A DNA stretch of 64,000 nt from IMG/VR virus record IMGVR_UViG_3300005512_000009, positions 1 through 64,000 of that record; one strand, 5' to 3'. Position 1 is the first letter of the stretch. Every line of letters begins with the position of its first letter. The notes under the pieces were generated by a model that searched no databases, was not told the DNA's origin, and was given only the letters and a program-made list of their open reading frames with translations. The position numbers were made by a program, and so were the translations under genes. The DNA comes from a virus. Lineage: Duplodnaviria > Caudoviricetes. Positions 47,631 to 58,157 of this stretch are shown piece by piece.

Positions 47631-48064
47631 ATCTTTTTGAAAATATACATGTGCCGAATGCTGAGATCGAATATGTCATCGGGTTACCGCCGAGTGAACG
47701 AGTTCATTATTTGTTTGAGTTGTATGATTTAGAACGAGCAAAAAAGCAAAATCCTAATTTAAATTTAAGAGATTTTTTCAGTGAGTTAGAAGATGCTGAA
47801 TTTATTCCCGAAGATTCTCCCAATATTGAAGAGTTTGAAGTAGGAGACAATCACCAAGTTGATGTGATGATAGACGATCAAAATATTTTGATTGAGTCTA
47901 ATAGTCTAAAAGCATTACGTATTATCAGAAATCGTTTCATAGAAAATGGGTTTATTCTGTTAAGAGATGAAGATACAGAAAAAATGTTTAAGCAGGATAA
48001 AATTACAAAATATCTTAGAGTATTTCGTATTGTGAGTCAAGTAGATCCACTTTGTTGGAATTAA
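47627..48064 (+). CDS. Hypothetical protein
   Basis: ORF, start probably MNLFENI. Confidence 0.55.
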   Translation: MNLFENIHVPNAEIEYVIGLPPSERVHYLFELYDLERAKKQNPNLNLRDFFSELEDAEFIPEDSPNIEEFEVGDNHQVDVMIDDQNILIESNSLKALRIIRNRFIENGFILLRDEDTEKMFKQDKITKYLRVFRIVSQVDPLCWN

Positions 48065-48150
48065 CATATTTATATAAGAGACACGGAAGGTCTTTTTTAT
48101 TAACAACAACGGTTAGCTAATGCAACCGCATAAACACAGGAGGTTTAATT

Positions 48151-48561
48151 ATGACACTAATTAATGAGCGAATGCTAAATGATTTAGATTTAGTATTCAA
48201 AAATTTCTTTGATCAACGACCTTATACTTCAGTTCGTGAAAGTAAAATAGGTTATCCAGTAGACATTATTAGAACAACAGAAGGCGTTCGTTTTGAAATA
48301 GCCGCAGTAGGCTTAGAGAAAACGGATGTTACTATTACTACAGAAGGAGAAACACTTCGAGTAGCATACAAGCCTGATGCTAAACAGGATGATGAAATTT
48401 ATATTCATCGAGGCATAGCACGTAGGTCTTTTGACTTGGCTTGGAAAATTTCTTCTGACTTAGACTTACATAAGGCTTCGGCTACTATGGATAAAGGGCT
48501 TCTTACAGTGGAAGTTCCGTTTGCTGAGTCTAGAGCACCAAAACAATTAAAAATTAAGTAA
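48151..48561 (+). CDS. Small heat shock protein Hsp20/IbpA-like
   Basis: YPVDI, EIAAVG, YIHRGIARRSF, ATMDKGLLTV, C-terminal LKIK. Confidence 0.9.
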   Translation: MTLINERMLNDLDLVFKNFFDQRPYTSVRESKIGYPVDIIRTTEGVRFEIAAVGLEKTDVTITTEGETLRVAYKPDAKQDDEIYIHRGIARRSFDLAWKISSDLDLHKASATMDKGLLTVEVPFAESRAPKQLKIK

Positions 48562-48581
48562 ACGCAGTAAAAGACCTTCCT

Positions 48582-48785
48582 ATGCTCTGTTATCCTATAG
48601 TTGAGTTTCAAAACAAGTTATATCAAGTAAAAAGAAAAATCCGCGAGCCTCATAGTCCTATTTTAGAAGCGTGGAAAGAAGTTACGGGGTCTGATACAGT
48701 ACTTAGAAAAGATGGTTACTTTTGGTTTGTATCAGAAATAGAAGAAGCAGAAATTATAGAATTCACACCATGGGAAGATTCTTGA
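48582..48785 (+). CDS. Hypothetical protein
   Basis: ORF. Confidence 0.5.
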   Translation: MLCYPIVEFQNKLYQVKRKIREPHSPILEAWKEVTGSDTVLRKDGYFWFVSEIEEAEIIEFTPWEDS

Positions 48786-48831
48786 TTGGATCTTCCCATT
48801 TTTTATCTTATATTATATAAAAGTTATAGTT

Positions 48832-49059
48832 ATGGCAAACACAGAAAACAAAACCGAAGTTAAAAGTGTATTTGATGATTCATTTTTTCATGCAGCACGT
48901 TATGAGGATGAAAGTCGTGAAGATTATAAAAAACGACAAAAAGCTAACAATCAATTTTTAAAGATGTACAAACGCTTTGGTAGAGAACGTTTCATCCAAT
49001 TCATGGACTTCATGAAGAAAATGGGCGAGCAAGAAATACCACAACATGATGCAGAATAA
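48832..49059 (+). CDS. Hypothetical protein
   Basis: Behind TTGGAT promoter. Confidence 0.55.
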   Translation: MANTENKTEVKSVFDDSFFHAARYEDESREDYKKRQKANNQFLKMYKRFGRERFIQFMDFMKKMGEQEIPQHDAE

Positions 49060-49273
49060 TTTTTTACGTGTATCTACAAAAGCTGGCATAACGCATTATG
49101 TGAATATTGCTCATATTATAGATCTACATGATACTGCAAATGGCAGTAGTACGTGTATAGAAACAATTAATGGTACGATTTACTCTGATAGTCCGTTGGT
49201 TGAGTTAATTGAACGTATTTATAAAATTCAATGGGATGGCGAAACAAAAGATACCAACTTCAATTCAAAATAA
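49046..49273 (+). CDS. Hypothetical protein (FlbD-like)
   Basis: YVNIAHI..TCIETING. Confidence 0.45.
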   Translation: MMQNNFLRVSTKAGITHYVNIAHIIDLHDTANGSSTCIETINGTIYSDSPLVELIERIYKIQWDGETKDTNFNSK

Positions 49274-49775
49274 ATTTACCCGAGAACTTTACAAAGTCGG
49301 CGATTATGTTTATTTTGATTGGTTAGGACAAAAAGAATATGGGCATGTTATACGAATTTATCAGAGCAGTGGAACGACTATGTACATGGTTCAAGGAAAA
49401 AAGTATCGCTATCCGTGCGGCGTTCAAATCAAAACATGTCGATCTGGTACCGCTGGACATATCTTCTATGAACAGACACAAGAATTCGGACAAGATGAAA
49501 TTCGAAGAAGATTTGAGTCTAGAACAGTATCTCAAGACAGCACAAGGACAAAAAGAACTCAGTCAAGCAAAGATAAAGTTCGGGGAGGAAATTCTAAAGC
49601 AACTAACAATGAGGTATCACAGCCTAAAAGAGCCACCAAGCACCGCACAGAAAATGATGATAAGTCTAGCAATACAGCAAACAGTAAGGGAACTACAACT
49701 AGAAGAAGAAAAAGCTATTCCAAACTAGACGAGGCAGTACAAAAACAAAAAGATTTTTTAAGAAAGTTTACATAA
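49236..49775 (+). CDS. Hypothetical basic protein
   Basis: ORF, start probably MAKQKIP. Confidence 0.5.
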   Translation: MAKQKIPTSIQNKFTRELYKVGDYVYFDWLGQKEYGHVIRIYQSSGTTMYMVQGKKYRYPCGVQIKTCRSGTAGHIFYEQTQEFGQDEIRRRFESRTVSQDSTRTKRTQSSKDKVRGGNSKATNNEVSQPKRATKHRTENDDKSSNTANSKGTTTRRRKSYSKLDEAVQKQKDFLRKFT

Positions 49776-49826
49776 TGGTTGGATCGTGTCTCTTTTTTTC
49801 TTATATTATAATATAAATTAAAAGAG

Positions 49827-50081
49827 ATGAAATATAGACTTCAAAACGATTATGATAATGTAATAGATTTAATTGATAATCTATTAGACATAAATACATT
49901 TAAGAATTCAGATACATTTTTTAATTGGTGTGTAGATGTATTAATTTTTATATCAAATACTCTTAATATTTCATATGAAGAGGCTAATATTCTTATTTTT
50001 GTAATTATACACCCAATAATTACCATGATATTAGCACTAGTTGTATTAAAGCAGCGCCGAAAAATAAAAAGATTAAGTTAA
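49827..50081 (+). CDS. Small membrane protein
   Basis: FNWCVDVL..ISYEEANILIFV. Confidence 0.6.
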   Translation: MKYRLQNDYDNVIDLIDNLLDINTFKNSDTFFNWCVDVLIFISNTLNISYEEANILIFVIIHPIITMILALVVLKQRRKIKRLS

Positions 50082-51089
50082 CGTATTAGGATCGATAGTT
50101 AAATTTACTGATAAGGCCTTTTCAGGTATATTGTCTGGATAATCAACCCATCCCTTTACACGAGCAGCTTCGTAGTAACTTAAATCATATTCGTCTTGTA
50201 ACTCAGATATAGATTTTCCTTCAAGCGATTCTCGATTGATACCTGATATTGCTGCATATCTTGGATCTTTAAAATCATATTTATCTGTTATAGTATATGT
50301 ACCATCACTATTTTTATTCCAATTAAAACGTCCTAATAATGTTGCCATAGCAAATTTCATATCAAATGTTATCGCACCCCATGCAGCCTCCCATGTGCTA
50401 GGACTTCCTTTTTCATTTTGAAATTTTGATGCAACCTCTTGACCATAATCAATATATTTCGTACTACCACTATTTGTACGATTGAGTCTTTTAGCAGATT
50501 GTTGTATTACATTTAATAGTATTTTTTGTTGTTCATCAGTAAAATCTGCAGTTGTTAAAGATTTACCTTTAAGTAATTGAACAACGTTTGGAAACCCTTT
50601 TCTAATGTATTGAAACCAACCTTCATCAGACTCAGGTTCTTTACTAGTAATTTTGTTCATTGTTTTTTGATCTTGCTTTTGCGGTGTTTGAAGCATCATA
50701 TAATTTAATCTTTGCTCAATATCTTCTCGATCAGCTCCAGCAACATATGTAGACATTCCAGGCATATTACTACCATGATCAACTTTGAAATCAAAATCAT
50801 CAACCGTAACAAGTTTATCTAATTCTGCAGTTGTTTTAGGGCCGACTACACCATCCCATTCTTTTGGGTTGTTAGGAAATTGTTTTTCTTGAAATTTCTT
50901 CACAGCAGCTGCTGTTTTAGGACCATAGATACCATAACTTGTATCCGGTATTGGATTCATTATCCCAGCATCAATTAATTTTTGTTGTATTTTTGCAATG
51001 GGGCCGGTTTTAGTTCCAACCCGCGGGTCTCGCATTCCTCGTTTAAACAACCTTGTTTGTTCTTGTAATAATGATTTTAGTTTTATCAT
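50073..51089 (-). CDS. Peptidoglycan-binding domain protein with MIKLKSLLQE leader
   Basis: IQQKL..GIYGPKTAAAVKKFQ..DGVVGPKT. Confidence 0.75.
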   Translation of the reverse strand: MIKLKSLLQEQTRLFKRGMRDPRVGTKTGPIAKIQQKLIDAGIMNPIPDTSYGIYGPKTAAAVKKFQEKQFPNNPKEWDGVVGPKTTAELDKLVTVDDFDFKVDHGSNMPGMSTYVAGADREDIEQRLNYMMLQTPQKQDQKTMNKITSKEPESDEGWFQYIRKGFPNVVQLLKGKSLTTADFTDEQQKILLNVIQQSAKRLNRTNSGSTKYIDYGQEVASKFQNEKGSPSTWEAAWGAITFDMKFAMATLLGRFNWNKNSDGTYTITDKYDFKDPRYAAISGINRESLEGKSISELQDEYDLSYYEAARVKGWVDYPDNIPEKALSVNLTIDPNTLT

Positions 51090-51163
51090 ATACGCCCTGT
51101 AATCATAATTATAAATATTTGGTTTATTGAAAACATGTTCTTATATTATATAAAAGAAACATT

Positions 51164-52186
51164 ATGGTTAGATATGGGTATTGTTGCATCAACATGGAGT
51201 TGGGCAAGCAAAAGATTCGTACGGGTCGTACGATGATTCAGCGAAAATTTGAAGAAGGTGGCTTGCAACTTGCTTCTGATATATCTTTAGAAAATGCAAT
51301 GGATTTGCTTCCTATACTTCAGTGGAATGAAGAGAGAGGCATTCGATTGTTTCGAATTGGCTCTGAGATATTTCCTCGTTGGAATCATTACAAACTAGAA
51401 GATTTACCTGAAATTGATCTTATTGCAGACATACTTCGTGAAGCGGGCGATTATGCTCGTGAACATGGTCATCGACTCACTACACATCCGGGTCCGTTCA
51501 ACATCTTGGGTTCTCCAGATCCGGTTGTAGTAGACAATACAATTGTTAGTCTCGAACGACATTCAGAGATGTTTGATTTGTTAGGTTATGATGATGCTAC
51601 TCCTGATAACCTTATCAATATTCATATAGGTGCTACTTATGGCGATAAGCCTAATACGATTGCCAGATGGCTTCGTAATTTTGATCGCTTGTCAGATCGC
51701 CTTAAAGCTCGCTTAGTTGTAGAGAATGATGACAAGGCTTCAATGTATTCTGTACGAGATCTTTATGAAATGGTACATAAGCAGACAGGCACTCCGGTTA
51801 CTTTTGATTATTGGCATCACAAATTCAATACCGGTGATTTGTCTGAAGAAGAAGCTTTCTATATGGCTCGAGAAACATATGAGGTGCATGGCGTTACCCA
51901 ATGTACCCATTATTCTGAATCTCGTCGCAAAGAATACCAAAAGAAGTTAGAATTGATTTGTGAACAACACGATATTCCATTTGACAAATTAGAAGAATGG
52001 CCGACATTTGAAAAGTTATACAAAGAATTCAGCAAGATCAAAGAACAGGCACATAGTGATTATATCTTAGAATTACCTAATACTTATGATGTTGATGATT
52101 TAGACATCGAGGTTGAAGCTAAAGCAAAAGAACAGTCATTGTTGCAAATTGGGTTGTACGAAACACCACAGATTTTACAAGATTAA
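51164..52186 (+). CDS. uvsE: UV-damage endonuclease
   Basis: GYCCIN, LFRIGSEIFP, TTHPG, IHIG, VVENDD, FDYWHH, HYSESR, AHSDY, EAKAKE. Confidence 0.92.
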   Translation: MVRYGYCCINMELGKQKIRTGRTMIQRKFEEGGLQLASDISLENAMDLLPILQWNEERGIRLFRIGSEIFPRWNHYKLEDLPEIDLIADILREAGDYAREHGHRLTTHPGPFNILGSPDPVVVDNTIVSLERHSEMFDLLGYDDATPDNLINIHIGATYGDKPNTIARWLRNFDRLSDRLKARLVVENDDKASMYSVRDLYEMVHKQTGTPVTFDYWHHKFNTGDLSEEEAFYMARETYEVHGVTQCTHYSESRRKEYQKKLELICEQHDIPFDKLEEWPTFEKLYKEFSKIKEQAHSDYILELPNTYDVDDLDIEVEAKAKEQSLLQIGLYETPQILQD

Positions 52187-52207
52187 TATTTATACAAAAG
52201 GAAAGTT

Positions 52208-52387
52208 ATGGCAAATTATCGTTTTAAAGCAAAAATTTCTGATGACATGGTAGATGCAATGGAGATTATTAAAAGTGCAGGAAAATCTATTGCAGCAGGT
52301 CATGCAGACAAAAATGCAATACTAACAAATTTAACTGCTGCTTATAGAAAATTAGAATCAGCAAAGTATTATTTAGATAGAGAATAG
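52208..52387 (+). CDS. Small hypothetical protein (59 aa)
   Basis: Read manually: MANYRFKAKISDD... Confidence 0.55.
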   Translation: MANYRFKAKISDDMVDAMEIIKSAGKSIAAGHADKNAILTNLTAAYRKLESAKYYLDRE

Positions 52388-53343
52388 TGAAAAATGTTTT
52401 TCCATACATTGTATACGCTTCAGCATTTGCATTAGCCGGCAGTGCTGCCTATTACAGTGTATTCGGATTAAGCAAATTATTTTCAGCTCAGGCATTAGCT
52501 GTTGTCATAATGGCTGGTACTTTAGAAGTATCTAAACTTATTACTGCATCATATCTTCATCGATATTGGAAACGCATAGGACTTTTATTAAAGACCTATC
52601 TTGTTACTGCAGTATTTGTGTTGATGTTTATTACATCTATAGGTATATATGGATTCTTAGTATCAGCGTATCAAACAACAGCAGATCAGCTTACAGTATT
52701 AGACAAACAAGTAGATGTAATTGAGTTGAAGCGTGAAAGATTTCAAACGCAACTAGATGAATATTCTGCAGAAAAGAAACAATTGAGCGAATCAATATCA
52801 GAATTATCTAAAGGTTTATCTAACAATGTAATTCAATATCGTGATAAAGAAACTGGTGAAATTATAACAACAACATCGTCCTCTACTCGTAAAGTTTTAG
52901 AAAGACAACTTGATGATTCTAAACAACAAAGAAATACAGTAAATTTAAAAATAGAATCATTAACTGATTCAATTACTAGTTTGGATTTGCAAGTATTAGA
53001 TATAGAATCAAATAATGATGTTGCTGCAGAATTAGGCCCGTTGCGATATGTAGCTGAATTAACTAATCAACCAATGAATCAGGTTGTGAATTGGTTCATT
53101 CTTATTTTTATTTTTGTGTTTGATCCGTTAGCAGTAACCTTACTAATTGCGGCACAAATTGCAAATAAAAAAACAGATATAACCGAACAAGATGTAAAAA
53201 CAATCACGAATGATGGTTTGGATGACACGTTAGCAGCAGAAGAATTTGAAGTCGACGATATTGAATGGCTCCAAAAACAAGCTGAACGGGAAGAATTATA
53301 TCAAGAAAAGAAAAAAACAAATAGACCTAAAATTATATCATAA
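52387..53343 (+). CDS. Membrane protein with coiled coil
   Basis: SAAYYSVFGL, ITS.GIYGFL, IFVFDPLAV. Confidence 0.7.
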   Translation: MKNVFPYIVYASAFALAGSAAYYSVFGLSKLFSAQALAVVIMAGTLEVSKLITASYLHRYWKRIGLLLKTYLVTAVFVLMFITSIGIYGFLVSAYQTTADQLTVLDKQVDVIELKRERFQTQLDEYSAEKKQLSESISELSKGLSNNVIQYRDKETGEIITTTSSSTRKVLERQLDDSKQQRNTVNLKIESLTDSITSLDLQVLDIESNNDVAAELGPLRYVAELTNQPMNQVVNWFILIFIFVFDPLAVTLLIAAQIANKKTDITEQDVKTITNDGLDDTLAAEEFEVDDIEWLQKQAEREELYQEKKKTNRPKIIS

Positions 53344-53346
53344 GTT

Positions 53347-53544
53347 ATGGCAAAAAAGAAGTTACGATCAGATGGTTATGTTACCATGAAATGTAAATTA
53401 TGTTCAAACAAAGTAGAACGTGTTGATTCTTCAGCAAAATCAGTAATGTGCTGGGAGTGTACACAATTATATACTGAAGGATATTCTTTACAAGAAATTT
53501 CAGAAATGGGTGAAAAAGAAAGAAGTGTTATCTTTGTTAGATAA
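53347..53544 (+). CDS. Small zinc-finger protein
   Basis: CKLC..CWEC. Confidence 0.55.
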   Translation: MAKKKLRSDGYVTMKCKLCSNKVERVDSSAKSVMCWECTQLYTEGYSLQEISEMGEKERSVIFVR

Positions 53545-53581
53545 CTTTTTTTCATTATATTATAAATAAAAACAGTTACGA

Positions 53582-54358
53582 ATGAATCTATCCGCAGAGA
53601 CAATCAAGCAAAATTGGGAAACATATCGTTCTAGAGTAAATGAACTATTTCCTACACGAAAAGACTCGCTCAACAAAATGTATGACGAGTATGAAAATAG
53701 AATGGCTATGATGCCAGCATCATCAGTTGCTCATTATCATAATGCATTTGCCGGAGGCTATGTTGCACACGTTTTAAATGTAATGCGTTGTGCAGAGTTA
53801 CAATATAATATGTGGAAAGGCGCGGGTGCTGATATGTCTGGTTATACTTTCGAAGAATTGATGTTTGCAGCAATGCATCATGATTTAGGCAAAGCAGGAT
53901 TTCCAGGCGAAGGTAATGAAGTATACCAAGTTGAAACATCTGATTGGCATCGGAAGAATATGGGAAGGATGTATAAGCATAACGAAAATATTCCTTTCAC
54001 GATGGTACCTGATTTATCAATATTTTTGCTTCATCAATATGGTGTTGATATGTCTTGGAATGAATACCAAGCTATCAAAATTCACGATGGTATGTATGAT
54101 GATGGCAACAAACCATACTTCGTTGCAAGGACAGCTAAAGCAAAATTAAAAACAAATTTACCGTTAATTCTTCATCATGCAGATCATATGGCAGCTCAAA
54201 TTGAATATGAAACATGGAGAAATTCACAAAACGAAACACCTAAAGTGTCAGCCCCAAAAGCTAAAGCAACTAAAACAACAGCTGTAAAGAATTTAGCTGA
54301 AAATAATCCTGAGTCAGGAAAGGGTATTGCTGATATCTTTAGTTCATTTGGAGAATAA
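53582..54358 (+). CDS. HD-domain phosphohydrolase
   Basis: PASS..HNAF.GGY..H, HHDLGK, HDG, LHHAD. Confidence 0.85.
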   Translation: MNLSAETIKQNWETYRSRVNELFPTRKDSLNKMYDEYENRMAMMPASSVAHYHNAFAGGYVAHVLNVMRCAELQYNMWKGAGADMSGYTFEELMFAAMHHDLGKAGFPGEGNEVYQVETSDWHRKNMGRMYKHNENIPFTMVPDLSIFLLHQYGVDMSWNEYQAIKIHDGMYDDGNKPYFVARTAKAKLKTNLPLILHHADHMAAQIEYETWRNSQNETPKVSAPKAKATKTTAVKNLAENNPESGKGIADIFSSFGE

Positions 54359-54359
54359 T

Positions 54360-54659
54360 ATGACAATTGTATTTTCAATTATAATGACAATATTTGGCTT
54401 TGCTGCTGGATATTTTGGGTATCGTGCTTACATCCTAGCAGGAGTAGTTGCTGACGACAGAGAATATTTAGAACAATTAGAATTTACATACGCAATGTTG
54501 TTAGATAGAGTGCAAAAATCATATGACGAAATGCAACGCATAGATTCTAAAGGAGCATTTGAATCAGACGACGAAGCCGGAACAACATTTGCTTTATTAA
54601 AACAAGTTATAGACGATTTATATGAGGAAGCAAATGGGCCGCAAAAAGAAGAAGAGTAA
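54360..54659 (+). CDS. Membrane-anchored hypothetical protein
   Basis: N-terminal TM; ID.KGAFESDDE. Confidence 0.6.
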   Translation: MTIVFSIIMTIFGFAAGYFGYRAYILAGVVADDREYLEQLEFTYAMLLDRVQKSYDEMQRIDSKGAFESDDEAGTTFALLKQVIDDLYEEANGPQKEEE

Positions 54660-55335
54660 TAGATATTGGACGCAGATAACAGAACTTGCAGTCACTGCAT
54701 ATAATCTTTCTGAACCAGAGCCTGTGCTTCGTGAACGCATATATAGAAGATTTTTATTTCCTGCACTAATGAAAATGGCAGAAAATTTAATCAACAAGAT
54801 GAAGCCGGATTATATTGATTCATCATTTCAAGACCTTCAGACAGATCTAGTAACATATCTTACAGAACGTCTAAGTAAGTTTAATCCAAATGCTGGGAAA
54901 GCATATTCATATTATACAAGAACTGCATTCAACTATTTAATTGCTGAGAATCAAAAAGGTTATGCAAAACTTAAAAGTAATCTAGAACCACTCAATATTG
55001 ATGAAGAACGCAACGTGTTGATAGAAATGCATAACGATGAAATGTCTGAAACGATTGAGTATTTCATGAATGCATATGTAGATTATTGTTACGATAATCT
55101 AAATCACATATTTTCAAATTCAGCTGATATCCATGTTGCTGACTCTGTATTACACTTATTTGAAAATCGAGAAAATATTGAGCAATTCAATAAAAAGGCT
55201 CTTTATATCTTTATAAGAGAACGAACTGGTTTAGAAACTAACAACATTACTAGAGTTGTAAAAGTCTTAAAACAAATATATCAAGACAAATTCAAAGAAT
55301 ATGAAACTAATGATTTCATGATTCTGCCGTTCTAA
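54634..55335 (+). CDS. Putative late sigma-like factor (gp55-like)
   Basis: KFNPNAGKAYSYYTRTAFNYLI resembles sigma region 2; precedes structural genes. Confidence 0.55.
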   Translation: MGRKKKKSNRYWTQITELAVTAYNLSEPEPVLRERIYRRFLFPALMKMAENLINKMKPDYIDSSFQDLQTDLVTYLTERLSKFNPNAGKAYSYYTRTAFNYLIAENQKGYAKLKSNLEPLNIDEERNVLIEMHNDEMSETIEYFMNAYVDYCYDNLNHIFSNSADIHVADSVLHLFENRENIEQFNKKALYIFIRERTGLETNNITRVVKVLKQIYQDKFKEYETNDFMILPF

Positions 55336-55358
55336 TATTTATTTTAAAGGACGGTTTC

Positions 55359-55796
55359 ATGGAAAATACGGAAGAATTATTTAAAGGGGTATCATTTTCT
55401 GACCTGATGTCTGACGTATATCATAATAGTAAGAAAAAAGATCGCCAGATCAATCAACTTATATCTCAGTTACAACCACTAATTAAAACTACATCTGACG
55501 CTACAATTGTAGTTCCATTAATCAAAGAATATTTAGATATTGCAGTTAAAAATGATGATCATCTTGTTAAATTAACTGCAATAGTTCAACGGTTTATTTC
55601 TACAAAACAAACTATTACTGGAGAAGGTTCATTGCTTTCAGAAGACGAGAAAAAACAACTTCTTGCGGTAGCAAATGAAACATTTGAAAATGAATTAACG
55701 GAAGAAGTAGAACGTCTTGAAAATGAAGATCGTGTTCTTAAACAAAAAATTGCTGAAGTTAAAGAGAAGGTGAGTCAGAATCATGACAAAGACTAA
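55359..55796 (+). CDS. Hypothetical protein
   Basis: VPLIKEYLDIAVKNDD. Confidence 0.65.
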   Translation: MENTEELFKGVSFSDLMSDVYHNSKKKDRQINQLISQLQPLIKTTSDATIVVPLIKEYLDIAVKNDDHLVKLTAIVQRFISTKQTITGEGSLLSEDEKKQLLAVANETFENELTEEVERLENEDRVLKQKIAEVKEKVSQNHDKD

Positions 55797-56823
55797 AATT
55801 GAATTTTTCATAGGGGAGGTTGTTGAAGTATATGAAGAAACATATCAAGACAACAATTCTAACAATCTGTATTCAATATTAGTAAAACCATATAATGATT
55901 ACAATTCACAGAACATTTATTGTAGTCCTGCAAATATTAATATTAAACAAATACCATTAGTTGGAGAACACGTTTTTATTTATAGAAGTTTAAATGCTGA
56001 ATCAAATGATAATAAAGTACGAACAAGATGGTATTATTTAAATACATTACCTTTACAATCGTCAATTCATCATAATTCTTTACCAGGAACAACAAAGAAA
56101 GTACAACAACAAAAAACAGATATTGATTCTTCTGTTCCGAAGTCTACTCAAGACGCCAACACTTCACAGCAAACGGCGTTAGGTGATACCTTTCAAGAAA
56201 GAAGTGATATTCCATTCTTACAACCATTCGAAGGTGATCTATTAATAGAAGGACGTTTTGGAAATTCTATTCGATTTGGAAGTACTCATACTGGCACGGG
56301 TAAATACAGTCAGGCTCAATCTTCTGCGCTTAGCGGGCCTGCAGGAAGCCCTATCATAATTTTATCAAACAGAAAACCAGGTACACCTAAAAAATTTACA
56401 TTAGAAAATGTTAATGATGATTATTCTTCAATATATTTAACATCGCCTAATCAAGAAATAAAAACAATACAACTTTCTAAAGAATTAACACGCTCGAATG
56501 GGTTCAGTGGTTCACAACTCATTGGCTCAGCTGATAAAGTAGTATTACAAGCTAAAACTGGAACAATTGTATTAGATGCATCTAAAAGAATATCAATGAA
56601 TGCCGATGAAATACTATTGGGTAGTGAAGGAGCCACTTCGCCATTAGTAAAAGGTGATGTATTAGAACAAGTATTGAAAGCAATAATTTCTGCAATTAGA
56701 GCAGGCGTCATTGGCCCGGCCGGTGCATATTCAACACCAGTACCAGGCGAAGGCGCTCTAGCTACAGCAGAAGGATTATTAAATTCAATGAAAAGTACTA
56801 AATTTAAAATAGACAAGGAATAA
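55783..56823 (+). CDS. Baseplate hub/spike (gp5-like)
   Basis: PLVGEHV, EGDLLIEGRFGNSIRFGST, LG..PLVKGD. Confidence 0.65.
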   Translation: MTKTKIEFFIGEVVEVYEETYQDNNSNNLYSILVKPYNDYNSQNIYCSPANINIKQIPLVGEHVFIYRSLNAESNDNKVRTRWYYLNTLPLQSSIHHNSLPGTTKKVQQQKTDIDSSVPKSTQDANTSQQTALGDTFQERSDIPFLQPFEGDLLIEGRFGNSIRFGSTHTGTGKYSQAQSSALSGPAGSPIIILSNRKPGTPKKFTLENVNDDYSSIYLTSPNQEIKTIQLSKELTRSNGFSGSQLIGSADKVVLQAKTGTIVLDASKRISMNADEILLGSEGATSPLVKGDVLEQVLKAIISAIRAGVIGPAGAYSTPVPGEGALATAEGLLNSMKSTKFKIDKE

Positions 56824-56826
56824 GTT

Positions 56827-57624
56827 ATGCCAGTAAGTCCTCCATTAGATAAAATACCAGCAGTTCCAGCACAGGCAGTAACTGCAATCATGGAATTAAT
56901 AAGCAATCAAATTAACAATCTACAAGAACAAGCAATCGATGCTATTGAACGTTCTTCATTGCCTGATCAGGTTGATTGTGATGATCCGAGAGTTCAAGCA
57001 GCTATCGAAGCATTTAATAATTTGAATGATTTAATCAATAGAATTCGTGATTTAATACCTACAATACAGCGTATTACTAACACGATACAAACCGTGATCG
57101 GTGTTGCCCAGGCAGTAAAAGCTGCGCAACTTCTTAACCCAGCAACTGCCCCAGCTGTTATCGCTGCAGAATTGGTAATTGTACAAAACATGACTATTGC
57201 AAATGCATTAATTGCAGTACAACAATTTCGAAATATTCCAACACTAATTGAAAATGCAATATTAGGATTAGGACCAACACTGTTAGATGTAGCACAACGT
57301 TTAGCAACTGTATGTGATGAAAATGGAATAGAATTTAACATTGACAATTTGAATTTAAATGCACTAGGTGAAATTGATGTTGATGGCGATGGTATTGGAG
57401 ATTTAGGTATTGATGGTCTTAATCAACTTGATGGGTTACTTAAGCAGCAGCAAGATTTATTGCAATCATTAGAAGAAGCTCCAAGTAAAGTATATTCTGA
57501 CAATGGAGCGCCGGGTTCAGATCTAGGAAAGCCTGGCGATTATTATATTGATTTACAAAATAAATTGATATATGGCCCGAAGCCTACAAGAACAGAATGG
57601 GCAGATGGAATAAATTTTGAATAA
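56827..57624 (+). CDS. Putative structural protein
   Basis: In baseplate operon; GKPGDYYID..IYGPK. Confidence 0.55.
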   Translation: MPVSPPLDKIPAVPAQAVTAIMELISNQINNLQEQAIDAIERSSLPDQVDCDDPRVQAAIEAFNNLNDLINRIRDLIPTIQRITNTIQTVIGVAQAVKAAQLLNPATAPAVIAAELVIVQNMTIANALIAVQQFRNIPTLIENAILGLGPTLLDVAQRLATVCDENGIEFNIDNLNLNALGEIDVDGDGIGDLGIDGLNQLDGLLKQQQDLLQSLEEAPSKVYSDNGAPGSDLGKPGDYYIDLQNKLIYGPKPTRTEWADGINFE

Positions 57625-57661
57625 AATTACAGTGTAAATATTTATTAAAAAAGAAGAAACT

Positions 57662-58153
57662 ATGGATTCAAAAACATTAGTTAAAGTTTTAAAAAAAGTG
57701 GTAAGAGAAGAAGTTCGTTCTGTTATTAAAGAAGAACTTTCTGAAATCTTGCAAGAAGGGTTACAATCAACAATCAACGAAATGTCGATTACAGAAACAG
57801 CAACGCAAACGCCACAAATTACAAAATCAAAGAAAAAGAAAATTGAATTTAAAAAAAATAAATTTTCAGACATTCTTAACGAAACAGATTCGTTGCGAGA
57901 ACAATCGCCATATGGTGCGATGATGAATCAGCCATTAAATGAAAACATTACAATGACGTCAGCCGACGCACAAGGCTTTGGTGCAGTACATGAAAAAATG
58001 CGTGCACAAATGATGGGTATCGAAACCCCTTCTGTAATGGCTGATCCAGAAACTGGCAAATCTTTACAAGTAGATCCAGTTGTAGCAAAAGCAATGACAC
58101 GTGATTATTCAGCATTAATGAAAGCAATGGATAAGAAAAAAGGTAAAGGATAA
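57662..58153 (+). CDS. Hypothetical virion protein
   Basis: KKVVREEV leader; TRDYSALMKAM. Confidence 0.6.
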   Translation: MDSKTLVKVLKKVVREEVRSVIKEELSEILQEGLQSTINEMSITETATQTPQITKSKKKKIEFKKNKFSDILNETDSLREQSPYGAMMNQPLNENITMTSADAQGFGAVHEKMRAQMMGIETPSVMADPETGKSLQVDPVVAKAMTRDYSALMKAMDKKKGKG

Positions 58154-58157
58154 GTAA

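Noticed and set aside
49339-49728. Overlapping alternative-frame ORF of 129 aa
   Set aside because: Fully nested in 49236-49775; cannot tell from sequence whether it is real
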